Part shown: positions 47,057 through 57,633 of the stretch, piece after piece | Numbering within the stretch: position 1 is the first letter of the stretch | How the letters are laid out: every line of letters begins with the position of its first letter | NCBI GenBank assembly: GCA_964507055.1 | Contig: CAZDOJ010000001.1 | Span: 77,210-141,209 of the forward strand | Source: an uncultured Gammaproteobacteria bacterium | Lineage (GTDB): Bacteria > Patescibacteriota > Microgenomatia > Levybacterales > UBA12049 | Direction: 5' to 3' | Length of the DNA stretch: 64,000 bases | The notes under the pieces: model-generated | Told to the model about the DNA's origin: nothing | Database searches by the model: none | Seen by the model: the letters and a program-made list of their open reading frames with translations, nothing else | Position numbers and translations under genes: made by a program

Positions 47057-48832
47057 ATGGTAGAAAGAATACAAACTCTTGAAAGAGTTACAAATCAAAA
47101 AATAGATCTGTCTGAGAGCAGTGAAAATACACATGCGAAAATGGCGTTTTTACATGCCATGATCGCAGCGAATGATATGCGGCCTACTCCATATCGCAGG
47201 AATACCATTTCAAAACTCGCACCAGAGATGGTTAATACGATAGCAGATACTGCTGAAAGTTTGGGCAAAGAATATACAGATAGATTATTGAAACTTTCGG
47301 ATAAACAAGAATCAGTTTTTACTGATGTTTTTGTACGCCATATACACGGTAATTCAAATATAAAACTTGCGTCTATAGAACAAACTGGTACAACCCAAGC
47401 TACACAACATGAGCATAATGAAGTTCATGAACAGCATTTGCATAATGAAGAGGATGAAAGATCTACCCCAATCATTTCCAGAAAATGGCAAGCTGCAACA
47501 ATTGCGGGAAACGCGTTGATTGGAGCGGCTGAGTTGGCAAGTGGTGGAGGAACAACCTTATCGGTCACTGCAGATGGAATTCATAATGCGGGTGATGCCG
47601 CTACATATTATTTACAGACAGAAAATATTCTCAATCCTTCGTTACCAGAAGAGCGTATAGCACGGAGGAGAAAAATAGCTCATACAATTATTGCTGCTCT
47701 TTCGCTAAGTGTTGCTGTAAAAGCTGGATACGATTTAAGTTTTGATGAAGATATTTCGCACAATCCTACAGCGATATATAGTGCAGGTGCATCGCTTGCT
47801 CTTAATTCATTGTTAATGGCAACACTTTATCGAGGTATCAATCGACGTAGAAAAGAGGGTATTCTCACACCACATGAAAAAGATTTAACAAAACATTTAT
47901 GGGCAATTGACGTTCCGTCAGCGGCACTAGCGGTCGGAGGAGCAGTTGCTCAAAAATATGGCATAGATACTGTTGAACCTATTGCTGCGGTTGCAAGCGG
48001 TTTAGTGGGTGCGTATGCATTTCGTCCTACAGAGAAGAACTTAGAACACGAAAACTGTGTGAAACACGACCACGCTCATCATGATCACGGTCATGGTCAT
48101 ACTACAGAGCCTGTAGATCAGCAGATAGTTGATGATGTCCTTTTTGGAAAACATAGTAGCGGAATAATTAAAAATAGAGAGCAAGTATATAAGGGAAGAC
48201 ATCATCACAAAGAACATATCCCTGAGCATGAAATTTTCACTTTGCCTAAACCAATCGCAAAAAAGAAAAGATCTCAGGCGATTGCAGCCGCGGCATTAGT
48301 CGCAGCTCTAGGGGCGAGTGCATCAAGTTCTGGCAAAGTTGAAGCGGTAAATGCTTCTCTTTTGCCTTCGGATGCTGTAGTTGGTATGCATGCTCCTGAA
48401 CGGACTATGAATAACGGTTTTACTTTTGAACTTCCTCAGCCTGAAACACAAAAAGAATTATTCGCTCATGCAGAAGTCAAAAAGGGTGATACGCAGTGGG
48501 GTTTTGTTGAAAATGCAATCGAATCAGCAGAAGTTACATCTTCACCCGCACTCCAAAATGTATTGGCGGATATTACAGCCTATGAAAATAAAGTCGCTGC
48601 TTCCAATCCAGATAGAATAATTCCAGGACAGGTTTTGAAAGTGCCTTCACAAACAATGATACAAGAAATACAAGAGACGCTAGCTCTTCCTGAAAGTAAT
48701 CCTTCTTTAGCAACTGACCTACAAGAATTAAATGATGCACCTACTATGTCCAAATGGGAAAAGATTAAAAAGAAATTGCCTGTACTTAAGAAGATAAAAG
48801 AATACTTCCTTGGTAAGTATATGAATCGATGA
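47057..48832 (+). CDS. His-rich membrane protein with a C-terminal LysM-like domain
   Basis: Predicted TM segments in the middle, His clusters (HDHAHHDHGHGH, RHHHKEH), and a C-terminal VKKGDTQWGF...IPGQVLKVP LysM-like pattern. Confidence 0.45.
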   Translation: MVERIQTLERVTNQKIDLSESSENTHAKMAFLHAMIAANDMRPTPYRRNTISKLAPEMVNTIADTAESLGKEYTDRLLKLSDKQESVFTDVFVRHIHGNSNIKLASIEQTGTTQATQHEHNEVHEQHLHNEEDERSTPIISRKWQAATIAGNALIGAAELASGGGTTLSVTADGIHNAGDAATYYLQTENILNPSLPEERIARRRKIAHTIIAALSLSVAVKAGYDLSFDEDISHNPTAIYSAGASLALNSLLMATLYRGINRRRKEGILTPHEKDLTKHLWAIDVPSAALAVGGAVAQKYGIDTVEPIAAVASGLVGAYAFRPTEKNLEHENCVKHDHAHHDHGHGHTTEPVDQQIVDDVLFGKHSSGIIKNREQVYKGRHHHKEHIPEHEIFTLPKPIAKKKRSQAIAAAALVAALGASASSSGKVEAVNASLLPSDAVVGMHAPERTMNNGFTFELPQPETQKELFAHAEVKKGDTQWGFVENAIESAEVTSSPALQNVLADITAYENKVAASNPDRIIPGQVLKVPSQTMIQEIQETLALPESNPSLATDLQELNDAPTMSKWEKIKKKLPVLKKIKEYFLGKYMNR

Positions 48833-48838
48833 AAATAC

Positions 48839-48870
48839 TACTTGCAAGTAAATTGCATGTGTGATAGTAT
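48839..48870 (+). promoter_or_regulatory. zur-znuABC promoter with an overlapping 12-bp perfect palindrome (putative Zur operator)
   Basis: TACTTGCAAGTA (48839-48850) overlaps the -35 TTGCAA. The half-site AATTGCAT is repeated downstream. Confidence 0.45.
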
Positions 48871-48876
48871 TGCATT

Positions 48877-49320
48877 ATGGTATTAGCAAAAATAAATCAC
48901 GATTGTAAAGATGAATTAAATGAAGTAGAGCTTCGTGCAACTCCTGCAAGAATTGCTTTGATGCAACTTCTTGAAACAACTGAAAAGCCTGTTGATGTAC
49001 AAACAATGATCGATTTTCTTGAGAGAAAGGGAATTAAGACTGATCCAGCAACGGTTTTTCGTATAGTTAATATGTTTACTGAAAAAGGATTAACAAAGCA
49101 GATCCAGCTATTAGAAGGTAAAGCTCGATACGAATTAGCATCCAATGCAGATCACCATCATTTAGTTTGTACAAAATGTGGGGACATTCAGGACATTTCT
49201 GACTGTAATATTGATCTGTTAGAGAAAGATATTCAGACAAAGAAGAAATTTCGTGTGACAAGTCACTCATTAGAATTTTTTGGAATATGTGATAGTTGTC
49301 AGGAAAGAGGTATGAAATGA
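48877..49320 (+). CDS. zur: Fur-family transcriptional regulator, probably Zur
   Basis: Fur winged-helix domain, HHHLVC, and CxxC...CxxC. First gene of a znuABC operon. Promoter TTGCAA(48842-48847)-17-TAGTAT(48865-48870). Confidence 0.7.
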   Translation: MVLAKINHDCKDELNEVELRATPARIALMQLLETTEKPVDVQTMIDFLERKGIKTDPATVFRIVNMFTEKGLTKQIQLLEGKARYELASNADHHHLVCTKCGDIQDISDCNIDLLEKDIQTKKKFRVTSHSLEFFGICDSCQERGMK

Positions 49321-50273
49321 AAATAGTACTTAGAATTATTCTTCTTGCTGCTATTGTTGTTTTTGCAGGAGTAGGAGTGTATGCACTTACACAGAACTCA
49401 TCAAAAAATAATGATGGCAAATTACAAGTCTCTGCATCATTTTATCCAATGTATTATTTTGCCTCAGAAATTGGGGGAGACCGAGCTACTGTTCATAACA
49501 TCACACCATCAGGTTCAGAACCACATGACTTCGAACCGACAGCCAAAGATATCGCTTCAATTGAATCCAGTAAATTACTTGTAATAAATGGTGCCGGTGT
49601 AGAGCCTTGGTATAAAAAAATGGAAAGTGAATTACAGCAAAATAATGTACAGGTTGTAGTAGCTTCAGATGGTTTAGCGATACTAGAAGGATTCGAAGAA
49701 CACGAAGAGGAAGAACATTCCACAGAACATGCTGAAGAGCATATTATTGATCCGCATGTATGGTTAGATCCAGTTCTCGCACAAAAAGAAGTTACAAAGA
49801 TTCGTGATGGATATATTGCAGCAGATCCAACCGGTGAAGCGTATTATTCAGCAAATGCACAGTTATTAATAGAAAAATTACAGTCATTAGATAGTAAATA
49901 TCGTCAGGGTTTATCAAAATGCCAAAGAAATGACATTGTCACTTCGCATACGGCATTTGCTTACTTAGCTAAAGAGTATGGATTGCAACAAGTTGCTATT
50001 TCAGGTATCTCTACGAGTGCTGAACCTTCAACGCAAGATTTGGCTGATGTTGCAAAATTTGCAAAGGAAAATGGAGTCACATATATCTTCTTTGAAAGTC
50101 TTATCAGTCCTCGTCTTTCAGAAACTATTGCTAATGAGATTGGTGCCAAAACTTTGGTACTTGACCCAATTGAAGGAATACCCGATGATGAAAGGGCGCA
50201 GGGAAAGAATTATTTCACTATTATGGAAAGTAATTTAGCAAACTTGCAAACAGCTTTGGCATGCAGCAACTAG
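49317..50273 (+). CDS. znuA: zinc ABC transporter substrate-binding protein
   Basis: ZnuA/TroA fold with a His/Glu-rich loop (HEEEEHSTEHAEEH). ATGA start overlaps the zur stop. Confidence 0.7.
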   Translation: MKIVLRIILLAAIVVFAGVGVYALTQNSSKNNDGKLQVSASFYPMYYFASEIGGDRATVHNITPSGSEPHDFEPTAKDIASIESSKLLVINGAGVEPWYKKMESELQQNNVQVVVASDGLAILEGFEEHEEEEHSTEHAEEHIIDPHVWLDPVLAQKEVTKIRDGYIAADPTGEAYYSANAQLLIEKLQSLDSKYRQGLSKCQRNDIVTSHTAFAYLAKEYGLQQVAISGISTSAEPSTQDLADVAKFAKENGVTYIFFESLISPRLSETIANEIGAKTLVLDPIEGIPDDERAQGKNYFTIMESNLANLQTALACSN

Positions 50274-51010
50274 ACCACACGAATACAATCATCGAACTGG
50301 AAAATGTCTGTTTCGGTTATACAAACGAAGAAGTTATCAAAGACGTTTCACTTGCTATCCACAAAGGAGATTATGTAGGAATTGTCGGTCCCAATGGTGG
50401 AGGCAAAACCACACTATTGAAGCTTATGCTTGGTCTTTTAAAACCAAATGATGGAAAAATCTCTTTATTCAAAACAGAAATTCCGTATTTTAAGCAGTGG
50501 GCACGTATTGGATATGTTCCTCAAAAAACTTCATTTGCAACTAATTTTCCTGTAACTGTTGAAGAGGTTGTTGCAATGGGACGGTATGGTAAACGAGGTC
50601 TTTTCCACTTCCCAACAAAAGATGATAAAGCTAAGACTCATCATGCTCTCAAACAAGTGGATATGCTGGAATATAAAGATCGTCAGATAAGTGAACTTTC
50701 TGGTGGACAGCAACAGCGTGTTTTTATCGCCCGAGCTCTTGCTTCTGAACCGGAAGTAATTTTTCTTGATGAACCAACGGTGGGTGTAGATATCAAAACG
50801 CAGAAGCAATTTTATCAGTTGCTTCGCAAGTTAAATAAAGAACTTAATCTTACCTTAGTTCTTGTCTCACATGAGTTAGATGTCGTCGCGCATGAAGCCA
50901 CAGAATTAGTGTATATCAATAGAACACTTGAATATTACGGTGATCCAAATGAATTCCTTAAAGGAGCATACTTCCATGAGCTTATCGAAAAAGGAGGACT
51001 GCACCACTAA
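50261..51010 (+). CDS. znuC: zinc ABC transporter ATP-binding protein
   Basis: Walker A GPNGGGKTT, signature LSGGQQQRV, Walker B IFLDEP. Confidence 0.75.
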   Translation: MQQLDHTNTIIELENVCFGYTNEEVIKDVSLAIHKGDYVGIVGPNGGGKTTLLKLMLGLLKPNDGKISLFKTEIPYFKQWARIGYVPQKTSFATNFPVTVEEVVAMGRYGKRGLFHFPTKDDKAKTHHALKQVDMLEYKDRQISELSGGQQQRVFIARALASEPEVIFLDEPTVGVDIKTQKQFYQLLRKLNKELNLTLVLVSHELDVVAHEATELVYINRTLEYYGDPNEFLKGAYFHELIEKGGLHH

Positions 51011-51810
51011 TGCTCGATCTTTTTCAATATAGTTTTATAATTCGCGGTTTTCAGGCAGGTATTATTATCGCAATCATAGCACCACTTATTGGTATGTTTC
51101 TTGTTTTGCGGCGATATTCTCTGATTGCTGATACGTTATCTCATGTATCTCTTGCAGGTGTCGCGATTGGATTACTTTTGAAAATAAATCCGCTGATAAC
51201 TGCGATAATCGCTGCCGTTTTTTCTTCAGTTATTATCGAACGTCTGCGGATGAGTAAAAGAATTTATGGAGAGTCTGCACTTTCAATCTTTCTCTCTGGA
51301 AGCTTGGCGTTAGCTATTATCTTAATCAGTTTAGCAGGTGGATTTGGTGTCGATTTATTCAGTTATCTGTTTGGAAGTATTGTGACAGTGCGACAAAGTG
51401 ATGTATATATTATCGCCACTTTAGGACTCATTGTTATTGGCGTAATCATTGCATTTTATAAAGAACTCGTCTATACCACTTTTGATGAAGAAGCTGCAAA
51501 AGTCAGTGGAATACCAACCAAATTTATCAATTTACTATTAATAGTATTAGCTGCTTTGACGGTTTCTTTATCAATTCCAATTGTGGGAGTTTTGCTTATC
51601 GCAGCATTAATTGTTATTCCTGTGGTTACTGCGTTGCAGTTTAAGCTGGGATTTCTACAAACGATTCTTGTCGCCGAAATAATATCCATCGTATCTGTAA
51701 TTGGCGGAATTATAACTGCATTTTACCTCAATATTTCGACAGGGGGAACAATTGTGCTCTTTACAGTAATGGTTTTTGCTTTTGCCTATCTTTTTCAACG
51801 TACGAAATAG
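51010..51810 (+). CDS. znuB: zinc ABC transporter permease
   Basis: Polytopic membrane protein of the ABC-3 family. Coupled to znuC. Confidence 0.7.
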   Translation: MLDLFQYSFIIRGFQAGIIIAIIAPLIGMFLVLRRYSLIADTLSHVSLAGVAIGLLLKINPLITAIIAAVFSSVIIERLRMSKRIYGESALSIFLSGSLALAIILISLAGGFGVDLFSYLFGSIVTVRQSDVYIIATLGLIVIGVIIAFYKELVYTTFDEEAAKVSGIPTKFINLLLIVLAALTVSLSIPIVGVLLIAALIVIPVVTALQFKLGFLQTILVAEIISIVSVIGGIITAFYLNISTGGTIVLFTVMVFAFAYLFQRTK

Positions 51811-51837
51811 AGTCTTCTAACAAAAACGCGGGTATAA

Positions 51838-52302
51838 CTAATTTCCACTTGGAGTACTTATATTCTCAATATCTTTTTGCACATCATCAAGTGCTGATCC
51901 ACTTGCTCCAGTATCGACTGAATCAATTTCATCCTGAACACTTTGTGTTGGTGCAACCGTTGGAACTTCAGTAGGCTGGACTGTTGTAGTTGGTGTAACA
52001 TTTGTTGGTTGCGTAGGATTTTGGGTCAAAAAGAACGCTGCAGATCCTGCTAGTAAAACAAGAAACACTACAACTGCAGCAATAATTCCCGCCTTACTAC
52101 TCTTCTTTGGAGGAGTAGTTCCATTTGCTGGAGGCGTTGCACTTGGTGTTCCAGAAGTTGTGTCTGGCACAACAGGTGGAGGTGGAGTAGCAGGAGTTGT
52201 TGGTGGAGTAGGCGGAGGTGTTGGAGTGCTAAGTTGACCAGGTGCAGGATTTGCATTTGGTGTTTGGTTTGGATTCTGATTGTTATTTTGATTTTGGTCC
52301 AT
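51838..52302 (-). CDS. Pro/Thr/Asn/Gln-rich membrane-anchored protein
   Basis: Start set at MDQNQNNN, immediately after the upstream stop. One TM helix. PT-rich low complexity. Confidence 0.4.
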   Translation of the reverse strand: MDQNQNNNQNPNQTPNANPAPGQLSTPTPPPTPPTTPATPPPPVVPDTTSGTPSATPPANGTTPPKKSSKAGIIAAVVVFLVLLAGSAAFFLTQNPTQPTNVTPTTTVQPTEVPTVAPTQSVQDEIDSVDTGASGSALDDVQKDIENISTPSGN

Positions 52303-52303
52303 A

Positions 52304-53131
52304 TTATTGGGCAACCGCTGTTGGCATTGGATCGTTTGTTGCAGCTTTTTCACTCTCGAGCTTCATAAGTTCAATTGCAACTTGTTTTACAGCGTCTTTA
52401 GATAATTTTACCTTTTCATGAGTCGTTTGTAAATCACTTCTTAACTGAGCAAATGTTGTTCCAAAGTTTTGCTGAAGCGTTGCTTCATCAGTGACATTAG
52501 CGGTATATGTTTTCGCGGCTTGTGCGGCTACTGCTGATTGGGCTGTTGTTATAGCAGTTTTTGCATTATTTATTGCAGTTTCGACAGCAGTAGTGTCTTT
52601 CCCAGCTGCTTTTTGTTCATTTGTTTTATCAATAAGCTTATTTAAAATTTCTTGAAGTCGAGTGAGTGCCTCACTCATTTTTGTTGTTTGTGTTTGATTT
52701 GATCCAGCAAGCTTTGTATCAATTTTATCAGCTGATATTTTTTTCCTTTCATCTTTTAAAGAAGCAATCTTTGCTTTAAAAGCGTCTTTTTCTGTTTGCT
52801 TCTGTACCTTCATTGATTCTTTCTTAGCAGCAATTTCTTTCATAAATTCTGCTTTTTGTTGTTGAATATCAACTTTTGATTGGCTACGAAGATTTTTCAT
52901 ATCTTGCTTCATTTCCATCCGGAATTGCATTGTCGCTGGGGCGTTTTGTCCTTGCATCATCTTTTGTCCTGTTTGTGGTGGTTGTCCTTGGTTTTCTTCA
53001 GGACGTGCTTCCATCGTGTTCATTTTTTGACCCCGTTCTGGGTGAAAATCTTGGGTATTCTCTGCATATGCAGGGGAGGCAATTATTCCAAATAAGGTTA
53101 ATAATGCAATAATGAGCAGATTTTTTTGCAT
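52304..53131 (-). CDS. secreted coiled-coil protein
   Basis: N-terminal signal peptide (MQKNLLIIALLTLFGIIASPAYA). K/E/Q/A-rich heptad-like sequence. Confidence 0.45.
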   Translation of the reverse strand: MQKNLLIIALLTLFGIIASPAYAENTQDFHPERGQKMNTMEARPEENQGQPPQTGQKMMQGQNAPATMQFRMEMKQDMKNLRSQSKVDIQQQKAEFMKEIAAKKESMKVQKQTEKDAFKAKIASLKDERKKISADKIDTKLAGSNQTQTTKMSEALTRLQEILNKLIDKTNEQKAAGKDTTAVETAINNAKTAITTAQSAVAAQAAKTYTANVTDEATLQQNFGTTFAQLRSDLQTTHEKVKLSKDAVKQVAIELMKLESEKAATNDPMPTAVAQ

Positions 53132-53162
53132 GTCTCTAGCGTAACTTTATAGGTATTCTTTG

Positions 53163-53951
53163 TCAAGTATTCAGGAGTTTTTCATCACGCAAGTAATTTA
53201 TTACCCCTTCAGCCAATCCATCAGCAGATTTTTGAGGGTTATTTAACAAAATTTGTCTATCTGAGGGGCTGGATAGAAAGCCAGTCTCTAAAATCATAGA
53301 AGCAGTCATCGGATGTACTGCATGATCATATCTCCACCATGAAAAAGCATAATATCCTCGCATATTACGTGTAACATTTGGATCTTTAATCAAGCCTGTT
53401 GCATTTTCATAAGATTCCTCAACTGCAGTTAACAGTTCGTCTGCATTACCTGTTTGATCTCGTCGAGGGACAGCAGCTTTAAATCCTGACTGTTCAGGAT
53501 CTAGACTTCCATCTGCATGAATCGCTACAAAAACATCTGCCCAATAGTTTTGTGGGACAGTTGCAGGTAAAAGCTCTACTGAGACACCTTGTGCTTCCAA
53601 AATTGTTTTTGTTCTCGTCGCAATATCATAATTTACTTCCCATTCGGTTTTTCCTCCACCGGTGGCTCCTGTATTGCCGCGGAGTTTATATAACTCTTCA
53701 GGAACTTCTTCATTTTTCCAATGGCCAACTTGTAATGCCACTTTTGCAGGACCTTCCGGTCTTTGCCAATCTTGAAGTAATGCACTTTCCTCAGTATCGC
53801 TGACATAATCGCTTGTTGAAGCATCATAGGGTGGAGCTCCGGTCGATTCTTCGAGATTTGTAAATCCAGCAGTGATAGTAAATATTACACCGATGAGCAC
53901 AATAAAAAAGACAAGAAGTAGTTTTTTCATGGGAGAAAATTGATTATACAC
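53163..53951 (-). CDS. N-acetylmuramoyl-L-alanine amidase (amidase_3 family)
   Basis: N-terminal TM/signal sequence. ...VFVAIHADGS zinc site. Confidence 0.6.
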   Translation of the reverse strand: MYNQFSPMKKLLLVFFIVLIGVIFTITAGFTNLEESTGAPPYDASTSDYVSDTEESALLQDWQRPEGPAKVALQVGHWKNEEVPEELYKLRGNTGATGGGKTEWEVNYDIATRTKTILEAQGVSVELLPATVPQNYWADVFVAIHADGSLDPEQSGFKAAVPRRDQTGNADELLTAVEESYENATGLIKDPNVTRNMRGYYAFSWWRYDHAVHPMTASMILETGFLSSPSDRQILLNNPQKSADGLAEGVINYLRDEKLLNT

Positions 53952-54009
53952 TATGTTTTCTTAATGCAATCTTAATTTTATGCAAGTTCCTCTGCTATAA
54001 TAAAAACCG

Positions 54010-55398
54010 ATGGTTGAAAAAAAGAGTAAGATTATAGGAACATTAGCCCCAATTTTTTCTCTACGTAGTAATAATCAAACTTCTGAAGATCAAGGAACTT
54101 TTGAGACTGGCCTTTATTTTCTTGATTGGCTCAAAAAAACGAAACAGAATGCATGGCAAATTCTTCCCTTTAATGAAACCCAGCTAGAAAAAGGTTCTGC
54201 TATAAAACATGTACCTTCACCGTATAAAGGGTATGGCATAGGACTTGCACCTAAATATCTTTCTACAACCTATGCAAAATTAAAACCGGACACGCAAACT
54301 AAAAATAAATTTATTATCCAACATAAAGACTGGCTTGAGGATTATGTAATCTTCTGTTCAATTCGGGATTTCTATGGAACTGATGATTGGAGGCTTTGGG
54401 ACAGACCATTACAGTCAAGAGAGAAGGGAGCACTTAAAGAATGGACAAAAAAACATAAAGCTGAAATCAACTATTATATAGTGCAGCAATGGCAACTGCA
54501 TGAATCATATAAACAACTTCGTAGCAAAGCAAAAGAATTAGAGATTTCTTTAATTGGAGATATACCATTTTATTTATCTATACAAAGTCCGCTTGTTTGG
54601 GCGAATCAAAATGCATTTCAAATGAATAAAGACGGTTCACTTTCATTTGTTTCAGGAATACCTCGAACTGCCGGAACATATTTTGGACGACAAGTTTGGG
54701 GACATCCTCTTTATAATTGGGAGCAACAAGATGATGTAATAAAACTTTGGAAATTACGTTTATGGTATCAATCACTTTTATTTGAGGATATTCGTATCGA
54801 TCATGCTCGTGCATTCTTTGATTTTGGAGCCATTGATATTGAGCATCCAGAAAATGACGTTTATCTTGATGGACCTGGTGGAGATGTCCTTGAAGAGTTA
54901 ATTGCTTTTGGTTTACAAAATAATATGTCTGTTTTTGTGGAAGATAGTGGAGATGGGACCGGGAAATTGCGCAAAAGTATGCATAAATTAGAGGTGTCGG
55001 GGATAAAAATTTACTATTTTGCAATAGATCCTAGTGGAAAAGCTGTAAATGATAAATATGCATTTATCAAAAATTATCCAGAAAATTGTGTAGCATATAC
55101 AACAACACATGATACTATGACTATGCTTGGCTATATGCAGCTACTTGATAAGGAAAAGAAAATTAAATTGGCAGAATCAGCAGAGCTTATTTATAAATCT
55201 GATAAGCAATTGGCAGAGGACCTACGTAATAAAATAATTGATTCTCCTGCTAATACTGTGATCATTCCAATTCAGGATTGGCTCCTTACAACAGATCGCA
55301 TTAATGTCCCTGGAACTGAAAAAGAGATCAATGATCCTAATTGGCAGTTTACACTTGACCAAGCGGTTCAAGATTTACCTGTCGATATCAACTCTTGA
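54010..55398 (+). CDS. malQ: 4-alpha-glucanotransferase (GH77, amylomaltase)
   Basis: IGDIPFYLS...VWANQ and typical GH77 architecture. Confidence 0.65.
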   Translation: MVEKKSKIIGTLAPIFSLRSNNQTSEDQGTFETGLYFLDWLKKTKQNAWQILPFNETQLEKGSAIKHVPSPYKGYGIGLAPKYLSTTYAKLKPDTQTKNKFIIQHKDWLEDYVIFCSIRDFYGTDDWRLWDRPLQSREKGALKEWTKKHKAEINYYIVQQWQLHESYKQLRSKAKELEISLIGDIPFYLSIQSPLVWANQNAFQMNKDGSLSFVSGIPRTAGTYFGRQVWGHPLYNWEQQDDVIKLWKLRLWYQSLLFEDIRIDHARAFFDFGAIDIEHPENDVYLDGPGGDVLEELIAFGLQNNMSVFVEDSGDGTGKLRKSMHKLEVSGIKIYYFAIDPSGKAVNDKYAFIKNYPENCVAYTTTHDTMTMLGYMQLLDKEKKIKLAESAELIYKSDKQLAEDLRNKIIDSPANTVIIPIQDWLLTTDRINVPGTEKEINDPNWQFTLDQAVQDLPVDINS

Positions 55399-55435
55399 TA
55401 CTCATCATACTTCTGGTACACTTGATATTCATTCT

Positions 55436-56779
55436 ATGACACAAAAAGAAGCACTTGATATGTTAAAACTTGGACACAATGTCTTTCTGACTGGTCCTGC
55501 GGGTTCGGGTAAGACTTATCTTCTCAATCAATACATACAATATCTTAAAGAAAATAGAATCCCTGTCGGAATTACTGCTTCAACAGGTATTGCCTCAACA
55601 CATATGGGTGGAACAACAATTCACAGTTGGTCGGGTATCGGGATCAGAGATGTGCTCCATGAAAAAGATATTTCCGACTTAATGAAAAGGCAATATCTTC
55701 GCAACCGTTTTAAGAAAACTCGGGTCCTAATCATTGATGAGATTTCCATGCTCCATGCTCATCGACTTGACTTAGTTGATGCTATTTGTAGGGTTTTTAA
55801 GCAAAATTCAATTCCATTTGGAGGGATGCAAATTATTATGTGTGGAGACTTTTTTCAGCTACCGCCAGTTGTAAAGCGGGACAAAAGTGAAAATGCAGTG
55901 CAAGTTTCTGAAGAATCGCAATTCGTTACGAACTCCAATATATGGAATGATATGCAACTTGAGATTTGCTATCTTGAAGAACAACATCGTCAAGATGATC
56001 GTGCATTTTTACGAGTATTAAATGATATCCGAAATAGTGAAGTAAGTGAAATGACCTATGAGTATCTTGCCGAGAGACTGGATAAAGATACACAAGGATA
56101 TACAAATCCGACAAGACTTTTTACACATAATGCCGATGTTGATGCGATTAATAAGAAACATTTAGAAGAGTTAGAAGGAGAAGGGCATGAATATATGATG
56201 AATTGGCGGGGGAGTTTTGGCTTAACTGAAGTTTTGAAAAAAAGTTGTTTAGCACCGGAAAACCTCATTCTTAAAAAAGGTGCCCAGGTTATGTTTGTTA
56301 AGAATAATTATGAAGAAGGATATGTAAATGGAACCCTTGGAGAAGTTATCGGTTTTGACAAGAATGATTTACCAATTGTTCGTACTTTTGATGGAGCAGA
56401 GATTACTGTGCGTCAAGCTGATTGGGAAGTTAAAGAAGATGATCGAGAAGTCGCAGCAATTTCCCAATTGCCATTGCGACTTGCTTGGGCAATTACTGTT
56501 CATAAAAGTCAGGGAATGAGTTTGGATGCTGCAGAGATTGATTTAAGTAGATCTTTCATTCCGGGGATGGGATATGTTGCATTATCTCGAGTGAGAAGTT
56601 TATCAGGACTTAAATTAATGGGACTGAATCAAATGGCCTTACAGGTAAATCAAGCAGTTGCTAAAATGGACCGAGATTTTCTCCAAAGATCAAATGAGGG
56701 GATACTGTATTTAGCTAAATTGGATAAAGAAAAGAAAGTTCAAAAACAATTAGACTTTCTCCAGTATTTAAAAGGTTAG
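55436..56779 (+). CDS. Pif1/RecD-like ATP-dependent DNA helicase
   Basis: Walker A GPAGSGKTY, IIDEISM, and C-terminal ITVHKSQGMSL. Start set to the ATG at 55436, downstream of the malQ stop. Confidence 0.7.
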   Translation: MTQKEALDMLKLGHNVFLTGPAGSGKTYLLNQYIQYLKENRIPVGITASTGIASTHMGGTTIHSWSGIGIRDVLHEKDISDLMKRQYLRNRFKKTRVLIIDEISMLHAHRLDLVDAICRVFKQNSIPFGGMQIIMCGDFFQLPPVVKRDKSENAVQVSEESQFVTNSNIWNDMQLEICYLEEQHRQDDRAFLRVLNDIRNSEVSEMTYEYLAERLDKDTQGYTNPTRLFTHNADVDAINKKHLEELEGEGHEYMMNWRGSFGLTEVLKKSCLAPENLILKKGAQVMFVKNNYEEGYVNGTLGEVIGFDKNDLPIVRTFDGAEITVRQADWEVKEDDREVAAISQLPLRLAWAITVHKSQGMSLDAAEIDLSRSFIPGMGYVALSRVRSLSGLKLMGLNQMALQVNQAVAKMDRDFLQRSNEGILYLAKLDKEKKVQKQLDFLQYLKG

Positions 56780-56794
56780 GACTAAAATATTACG

Positions 56795-57178
56795 ATGAAA
56801 AGTTTATCAATTGAAGCATTTGCATCACTGCTTCCACAAATATGTGCAGCTGATACAGCCTATGAAGCTGATAAATGGTCAAGTAAGAATCCACTCTTAG
56901 GTCACTGTGCTATAGTAACTGCTTTGGCTCACGAATTATATGGAGGTAAGATTTTACGTGCATCTTTAGCTGGAACTGCATTTGCAGAGATGAGATACCA
57001 TTATATAAATGAATTGCCTGATAGAATCAAAAAAGATTTTACACGCGGGCAATTTGGGAATGCCTATCCTCCAGAGTTAGTTTTTATAGAAAGAGAAAGG
57101 GATGCTTTATTTGAACATCCAGAGATGGTTGCAAGATACTCTATTTTCAAAAAAAGATTTATAGAAAAGAACAAATAA
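56795..57178 (+). CDS. hypothetical protein
   Basis: 127-aa ORF. No motif recognised. Confidence 0.35.
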   Translation: MKSLSIEAFASLLPQICAADTAYEADKWSSKNPLLGHCAIVTALAHELYGGKILRASLAGTAFAEMRYHYINELPDRIKKDFTRGQFGNAYPPELVFIERERDALFEHPEMVARYSIFKKRFIEKNK

Positions 57179-57357
57179 TCTTAATACTTATGACTTAATT
57201 CTTAAGAATTTGAGAATAGATTATGTAACTCTTACTCTAATACCAAAAGGTATATTCTACCGTATTTTAATTATTCTTTCCTCCTTCTTACTTCGTTTTA
57301 GTATATTTTTTTATTGTCGGGGTTACACTGTAGTTATATGTGGAAGGAGGTGATTTG

Positions 57358-57558
57358 ATGACAGATGTTAAAGCAATGCGACAAAAAATTAATGGACAAG
57401 TAACGCAACTTAAAGGGGAGGTAAATCAGCAACAAGGAAAAGGTGTTAAAGGAGGGTTACAAAAGATTTCTGGAAAACTTGATGAGGTGATTGCTGATGC
57501 TAAATTAAAGATTGATGAATCAAAGCATGAAGAAAAAAATCATAAAAGTGATTGGTAA
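57358..57558 (+). CDS. CsbD-like general stress protein
   Basis: SD GGAAGGAGGTGA before the ATG at 57358. KGVKGGLQKISGKLDEV pattern of the CsbD family. Confidence 0.55.
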   Translation: MTDVKAMRQKINGQVTQLKGEVNQQQGKGVKGGLQKISGKLDEVIADAKLKIDESKHEEKNHKSDW

Positions 57559-57585
57559 ATCTTAATTTTGATTAACAAGAAAGAA

Positions 57586-57614
57586 GGGAGGCAGCGTCGC
57601 TGCCTCCCTTTATT
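57586..57614. terminator. bidirectional rho-independent terminator between convergent genes
   Basis: 9-bp stem GGGAGGCAG/CTGCCTCCC, 5-nt loop, T-runs on both strands. Confidence 0.6.
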
Positions 57615-57633
57615 ATGTCTTTCTAACTACGAA

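Noticed and set aside
57340-57357. Upstream ATG giving MEGGDLM extension of the CsbD-like protein
   Set aside because: That ATG is part of the SD sequence (GGAAGGAGGTGA). The ATG at 57358 has ideal spacing.
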